Shown one piece after another: positions 60,701-64,000 of a stretch of DNA of 64,000 nucleotides (its first letter is position 1; every line of letters starts with the position of its first letter). Made by a program: the position numbers and the translations under genes. The DNA lies in contig NC_059432.1 in the NCBI RefSeq assembly GCF_021028975.2, positions 82,770,001 to 82,834,000 of the forward strand. The letters run 5' to 3'. A model generated the notes under the pieces. That model was not told the DNA's origin. It did no database searches and was given only the letters and a program-made list of their open reading frames with translations. The stretch comes from Sphaerodactylus townsendi. Lineage: Eukaryota.

Positions 60701-60988
60701 GATGCACCCAGGTAGAGTCTCCCAAGCGCGGGGTGGCAGCCGCGTCTTAGCAAACGGACCGGGCCCCTCGACCAGCCACGGTGGGAGAAAGAAAATGCCG
60801 AGGACGATGCACAGTGCGGGCAGAAATGCCGGGGACGATACACAATGCAAGCAGCCCCTCCAGATATAACCAGAAAGTGGAGAGGGACGGAAGAATCCCC
60901 CGGGCACGCTCACCTGATGCTCCTTCAGCACCTGGCTGAGGCAGGGGTACCGCTCCGAGATCCACCGGTAGAATTTGGGCACCCCCAT
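27507..60988 (-). CDS. XRN1: XRN1 5'-3' exoribonuclease 1, coding exons 1-31 (N-terminal 1228 aa: catalytic domain plus PAZ/KOW/winged-helix/SH3-like region); spliced gene span
   Basis: 31 GT-AG exons join in frame (3684 nt) from [15 protein letters not shown] to [11 protein letters not shown]. Catalytic motifs [40 protein letters not shown] and GNDFIP are intact. Confidence 0.97.
28310..28379 (-). CDS. XRN1: XRN1 exon 30 (70 nt)
   Basis: [22 protein letters not shown]. Confidence 0.95.
28836..28968 (-). CDS. XRN1: XRN1 exon 29 (133 nt)
   Basis: [44 protein letters not shown]. Confidence 0.95.
29829..29885 (-). CDS. XRN1: XRN1 exon 28 (57 nt)
   Basis: [19 protein letters not shown]. Confidence 0.93.
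31077..31212 (-). CDS. XRN1: XRN1 exon 27 (136 nt)
   Basis: [45 protein letters not shown]. Confidence 0.95.
33717..33806 (-). CDS. XRN1: XRN1 exon 26 (90 nt)
   Basis: [29 protein letters not shown]. Confidence 0.95.
34732..34878 (-). CDS. XRN1: XRN1 exon 25 (147 nt)
   Basis: [48 protein letters not shown]. Confidence 0.95.
35857..35972 (-). CDS. XRN1: XRN1 exon 24 (116 nt)
   Basis: [38 protein letters not shown]. Confidence 0.95.
36568..36666 (-). CDS. XRN1: XRN1 exon 23 (99 nt)
   Basis: [33 protein letters not shown]. Confidence 0.95.
37058..37171 (-). CDS. XRN1: XRN1 exon 22 (114 nt)
   Basis: [38 protein letters not shown]. Confidence 0.95.
38405..38552. mobile_element. Near-perfect palindromic hAT MITE (148 bp)
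   Basis: caggggtagggaacctgcggctctccagatgttcaggaactacaattcccatcagcc and its reverse complement; TSD atctagac. Confidence 0.9.
38595..38757 (-). CDS. XRN1: XRN1 exon 21 (163 nt)
   Basis: [27 protein letters not shown]...[17 protein letters not shown]. Confidence 0.95.
39898..40029 (-). CDS. XRN1: XRN1 exon 20 (132 nt)
   Basis: [43 protein letters not shown]. Confidence 0.93.
40425..40565. mobile_element. Palindromic MITE (PIF/Harbinger-like)
   Basis: ggccccttccgcacacgcaaaataatgc...gcattattctgcatgtgtggaatgagcc. Confidence 0.75.
40772..40875 (-). CDS. XRN1: XRN1 exon 19 (104 nt)
   Basis: [34 protein letters not shown]. Confidence 0.95.
41400..41860 (-). mobile_element. L2-like LINE 3' fragment
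   Basis: (tttg)n tail then aaggcctggtggaacagctatgtcttgcaggccctg...aaaagccctggctct; related copy at 59175-59505. Confidence 0.6.
42170..42268 (-). CDS. XRN1: XRN1 exon 18 (99 nt)
   Basis: [33 protein letters not shown]. Confidence 0.93.
42358..42478 (-). CDS. XRN1: XRN1 exon 17 (121 nt)
   Basis: [40 protein letters not shown]. Confidence 0.93.
42568..42753 (+). mobile_element. SPIN/URR1-type non-autonomous hAT MITE (second copy)
   Basis: Same sequence family as 1753-1918; TSD ttctaaaa. Confidence 0.88.
43476..43700 (+). mobile_element. Older tRNA-derived SINE (Squam3/MIR-like)
   Basis: ggttcaaatccc, ccttgggccagt...acctaccacacagggttattgtgaggataaa. Confidence 0.6.
43716..43885 (-). CDS. XRN1: XRN1 exon 16 (170 nt)
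   Basis: RQLLEAME...[13 protein letters not shown]...SPWPEKF. Confidence 0.93.
44884..45003 (-). CDS. XRN1: XRN1 exon 15 (120 nt)
   Basis: [40 protein letters not shown]. Confidence 0.95.
45551..45707 (-). CDS. XRN1: XRN1 exon 14 (157 nt)
   Basis: [15 protein letters not shown]...[26 protein letters not shown]. Confidence 0.95.
45965..46054 (-). CDS. XRN1: XRN1 exon 13 (90 nt)
   Basis: [29 protein letters not shown]. Confidence 0.95.
46314..46419 (-). CDS. XRN1: XRN1 exon 12 (106 nt)
   Basis: [34 protein letters not shown]. Confidence 0.95.
47065..47134 (-). CDS. XRN1: XRN1 exon 11 (70 nt)
   Basis: [23 protein letters not shown]; phases fit both neighbours. Confidence 0.85.
47865..48146. 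mobile_element. hAT MITE with a nested second element (~47897-48053)
   Basis: TIR cagtgatggcgaacct, TSD ccctatca; same family as 62532-63137. Confidence 0.75.
49173..49301 (-). CDS. XRN1: XRN1 exon 10 (129 nt)
   Basis: [43 protein letters not shown]. Confidence 0.92.
49435..50000. mobile_element. Non-autonomous hAT element with two internal hairpins
   Basis: TSD acagtcac (49427-49434, 50001-50008); hairpins at ~49520-49686 and ~49729-49869. Confidence 0.8.
50875..50942 (-). CDS. XRN1: XRN1 exon 9 (68 nt)
   Basis: [22 protein letters not shown]. Confidence 0.95.
51739..51907 (-). CDS. XRN1: XRN1 exon 8 (169 nt)
   Basis: [42 protein letters not shown]. Confidence 0.95.
51997..52084 (-). CDS. 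XRN1: XRN1 exon 7 (88 nt)
   Basis: [29 protein letters not shown]. Confidence 0.95.
52220..52302 (-). CDS. XRN1: XRN1 exon 6 (83 nt)
   Basis: [27 protein letters not shown]. Confidence 0.95.
52727..52837 (-). CDS. XRN1: XRN1 exon 5 (111 nt)
   Basis: [37 protein letters not shown]. Confidence 0.95.
52921..53030 (-). CDS. XRN1: XRN1 exon 4 (110 nt)
   Basis: [36 protein letters not shown]. Confidence 0.95.
53190..53297. repeat. Degenerate (GATAG)n microsatellite
   Basis: ggataggataggatagaataagatgggatag. Confidence 0.8.
53343..53819. mobile_element. Harbinger-like non-autonomous DNA element with internal hairpin
   Basis: TIR ggctgtttctacac / gtgcagaaacggcc; internal inverted repeat gttcacctacctctcctccctg / cagggaggagaggtaggtgaac. 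Confidence 0.7.
54000..54200 (+). mobile_element. Sauria SINE (Squam1)-like fragment
   Basis: gctgactcacttccatccttctgaggccagtaaaacttgagtgcccagcttgctgg. Confidence 0.65.
55151..55248 (-). CDS. XRN1: XRN1 exon 3 (98 nt)
   Basis: [32 protein letters not shown]. Confidence 0.95.
56237..56469 (-). CDS. XRN1: XRN1 exon 2 (233 nt)
   Basis: [25 protein letters not shown]...[14 protein letters not shown]. Confidence 0.97.
59175..59505 (-). mobile_element. L2-like LINE 3' fragment
   Basis: (tttg)n tail then gcctggtggaaaaactccatcttacaggccct...aaggccctggccct. Confidence 0.6.
60438..60556. mobile_element. Palindromic MITE (PIF/Harbinger-like)
   Basis: gccccttccgcacatgcagaataatgcac...attattctgcgtgtgcggaaggggcc. 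Confidence 0.75.
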
Positions 60989-61280
60989 CGCTGCCGCCGT
61001 CTGTTCCCTCCAGCCGCCTACTCCAGCTCCAAAACAACCACCCCTCACCACCAAGACACTTCCTTCCGGCGGGAACCTCAGAAAGCCATAGAGTAGCAGC
61101 TCAGGCTTAGAGCGCCCGAGTCTGCGTCAAACCCTGATTGGGGAGTTCTTCCCCCAACTGGAACTATTGTGAACAACACTGTGCACGGCCACAATTTGCC
61201 TGCTGGTTAAGCGTCGGCGAGGGAGTTTTCCCTCCTTCCTGTTACAAACCGCGGGGGGAGGGGGGGGGCTGCCCAGAACG
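60600..61280 (-). promoter_or_regulatory. CpG island / XRN1 promoter with tandem ETS-type motif
   Basis: CpG-rich around exon 1; minus strand reads CCGGAAGGAAGTG at about 61057-61069, ~70 bp upstream of the ATG. Confidence 0.8.
60914..60988 (-). CDS. XRN1: XRN1 exon 1 (75 nt)
   Basis: [31 protein letters not shown] donor. Confidence 0.97.
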
Positions 61281-62288
61281 AATGTGAGGTGGGCCCAAGG
61301 AAGAGATTGCATCTGCCCCCACCCTCCAATGACCTACGGGCTAACAAAGCAAATGACACGACTTCTTGATACTCTGAATGCAAAATGTTCTGTTAGGTGA
61401 GAAACAGTAAAGGGAAAGAGGAAAGATTACTAAGCAAGACGATTTTACTTTGATTTACACTGTGTGGGTTACATTAAGATATGGTGCCAAAAAAGAAAAG
61501 GAGCAAGTGGAATCAGAAAGCCCTGCCAGCCAATGGACCCACCTAGAATACTGAGGTGCACTGTGCATGAAATACATGTAAGACCCCAAAAGTCATCAAC
61601 TTTTAAAATGTTTTAAAAATATTTCTGCTTACCTCCCCCACTAAAAAGCAAGTTCACAACAACATTAAGGCTTGATAAGGAAAGTTAACAAAATGTGATA
61701 AAAGGCTCCTCTCTTCCATGAACAGCAGGCACGTTAGCCAATCCCAAAATGATAGTGTTTTTTTAATGGTGGCAAAGGAGTCTTTTTGGCAGAAGGCTCA
61801 ACGCAGCTGGCATTCACAATGGCTGTATGCCCAGAGCTTGTCCCAGGATGCAAGGAGTCTGCTGACTCACCCTCATGTCCTTAGAGGGGTCCTGGAAGAC
61901 TGCTACTTCTGCAGCTTGTAGCTGTCCTCTTCAAATCCAGGTTTACCCTTCATATAATCACTCCCAGAACCAGATGCTTCTGAGTTGGAGGATTTATCCT
62001 TAATGGCTAATCAGCCTGTGTGAGAAATCTTCCAACGCACCACAAAGGGTGATGGACACTTACGTGGCTCTCTCTGTTGAAACCCTGGAGCCCCTGGAGG
62101 CATCATTCCTGACCCCAGAAGCCTTTCATTTCCCATTTTTTTCAGAGTCTTGAGAAGAATTCTTGGGTCTTTTTTTCAGAGTCTTGAGAAGATTTGACCT
62201 CATCCATTTTGGTGGGTAAAGAATTCAACTGACGAGTGTATGGAGAACTCTGGCTACTGTAAGCCATATGAATGCCGAGCTTAATCCT

Positions 62289-62520
62289 TCAGGCTACGGA
62301 ACTATTGGAAGCGTTACATCCCAGCCAGTTTGGTCCATAGGAGACAACTAAGGCATCAGATTTCCTAAATGTAGCCTTGATATCTCTCTTTAAAGTCCTA
62401 TGGATATCCAAGGTGTGGCACTCCTTTCCCTTAGGATGTTTAGGATTAGAACAGATGGTGGGCAATAGTAGGGGTGCAAAAGAGTTCGTGTTGAAGCAGT
62501 CTAGAATCTTCACCTATCTG
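62289..62520 (-). mobile_element. DIRS tyrosine-recombinase coding remnant
   Basis: LPTICSNPKHPKGKECHTLDIHRTLKRDIKATFRKSDALVVSYG resembles the vertebrate DIRS YR segment LP.FCP.P....E...H.LD..RAL..Y...T..FRK...LFV. Confidence 0.6.
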
Positions 62521-62531
62521 ACCCCTTATAG

Positions 62532-63137
62532 CAGTGATGGCAAACCTTTTAGAGACCCAGTGCCCAAACTGCAACCCAAAACCCACTTATTTATTGCAAA
62601 GTGCCAACACGGCAATTCAACCTGAATATTGAGGTTTTAGTTTTTAAAAAAATGGTTGGCTCCAAGGTGCATGCTACTTGGGAGTAAACTTGGTGGTAGT
62701 CGGTGGCTACCCCTCAGCAGCCCCTCGAGCAGCAGCAGCAGCTAGCCTGCTCCAGTCTCCAGCAGATCCTGCGTGCACCTGCAGCTCTGCCCTGCGCTGC
62801 TCCAGAGCCTCCACCTCACCCCTCTGCCTCCACCCCACCTCCTCGAGCAGGGGCCAACCTGCTCTAGCCTCCAGCAAGTCCCTCACGCATTGCTCTGTGC
62901 CTTTCTAGCATCTCCACCTCCTCTGCCCCCCCTCGGGCACCAGGCCCCCCCAGCCAAGTCCTCCCTCCTCACGCGCACGTCATACCCAGCGGCCCAGGCC
63001 AGCCTAGGTATGTGTGTGTGTGTGTGTGGGGGGGGATTATTTTCCACCCCCCACATGACGAACTCTGTGCGTGTGTGCCCACAGAGAGGGCTCTGAGTGC
63101 CACCTCTGGCACCCGTGCCATAGGTTCGCCAGCATTG
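62532..63137. mobile_element. Non-autonomous hAT element
   Basis: TIR cagtgatggcaaacct / aggttcgccagcattg, TSD ccttatag. Confidence 0.85.
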
Positions 63138-64000
63138 CCTTATAGGGACTCTGAATCCTCCAAGTCTAAGGCCCAAAGTGAAATGAAAACTACACAGCAT
63201 GTATTTACTTATTTTGAGAGAGGCTTGAAAATATAATTTGGTGATTCCACCACTTTTAATAGCAAGCTTTAAGATGCAAACAATGATTAAAGTCCGAGTG
63301 AAGAAAGCAGATGGCAGTTTTTAGTATTGAGGAAAGCAGCATATACTGAAAACGATGACACATAGCCTTTTGAATTTTAGGTTTATCAGGCCAAAACTCT
63401 GTTTACCGAGCATCTAGTTTACATCTATGGAGATATTATTTTGTTTGCGAACATGATCTAAACTGTATCAGTTATAGGCTATTTATTATGCATAGATCTG
63501 CGCCACAGGTTCTTTTAAATTCTAATGTTTATTATGCGACTCTACAGATTGCATTTGGAAACCACTTCTGAAGCATATGGCTAAGACACAGAATAGTAGT
63601 GAAATAAAAACATGCCATGGGAGTTGGAGGACTTCCAGAAGCCATTTTGAGATGTGAAATGGAACTGATTCAGGGAAAAGTACATGTTCTTTAAGGCTCT
63701 CTGAGTCATGGTCTGTATTTGAAATAATTCTTAATGTTATTAGAACTAAAATAATAATGTTAATCTCAAAAATTTTGGTCTTGATAATTATATACATAAA
63801 ATTGAACTATTTTAGTAAATGGTCTGTATTCAAAGTTTTAAAATAATGATTCCAACAACATTTTAAAGTAACGATTGTAATGTTTACAAATAGCTTTTTA
63901 GATACATAAATATTACTTTTATTGTTTATATTACATTTCTGTATCAAAGATGTACAGACAGTGAAACTTAAACAGGGCCTTGCACTGGAAAAAATTACCA

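Overview
Vertebrate (squamate, probably gecko, judged from Squam3/Sauria SINE and hAT/Harbinger MITE content) genomic DNA from the conserved ATR-XRN1-GK5-TFDP2 block. The main anomaly is that XRN1 (5'-3' exoribonuclease 1) is split across both strands. Coding exons 1-31 (1228 codons, CpG-island promoter at ~61 kb) run on the minus strand from 60988 down to 27507. Exons 32-42 (507 codons plus stop, and the 3'UTR) lie on the plus strand at 2091-9303. GK5 exons 1-3 (16651-22126, plus strand) follow, and the gene then stops and faces the XRN1 5' half. No exon is missing or duplicated, splice phases match across the break, and all reading frames are intact. The simplest reading is one inversion of a block of at least 20 kb (XRN1 3' half plus GK5 5' end), with breakpoints in XRN1 intron 31 and GK5 intron 3. 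An assembly mis-orientation is the most likely cause; a real recent or polymorphic inversion is possible, and trans-splicing is remote. The introns are dense in mobile elements: SPIN MITEs, hAT and Harbinger-like MITEs with TSDs, a 1.3 kb fold-back hAT nested in a LINE, DIRS remnants, SINEs and LINE fragments. Exon numbers are my own count in this sequence. Comparisons to human proteins and repeat families are from memory, not from a database search.
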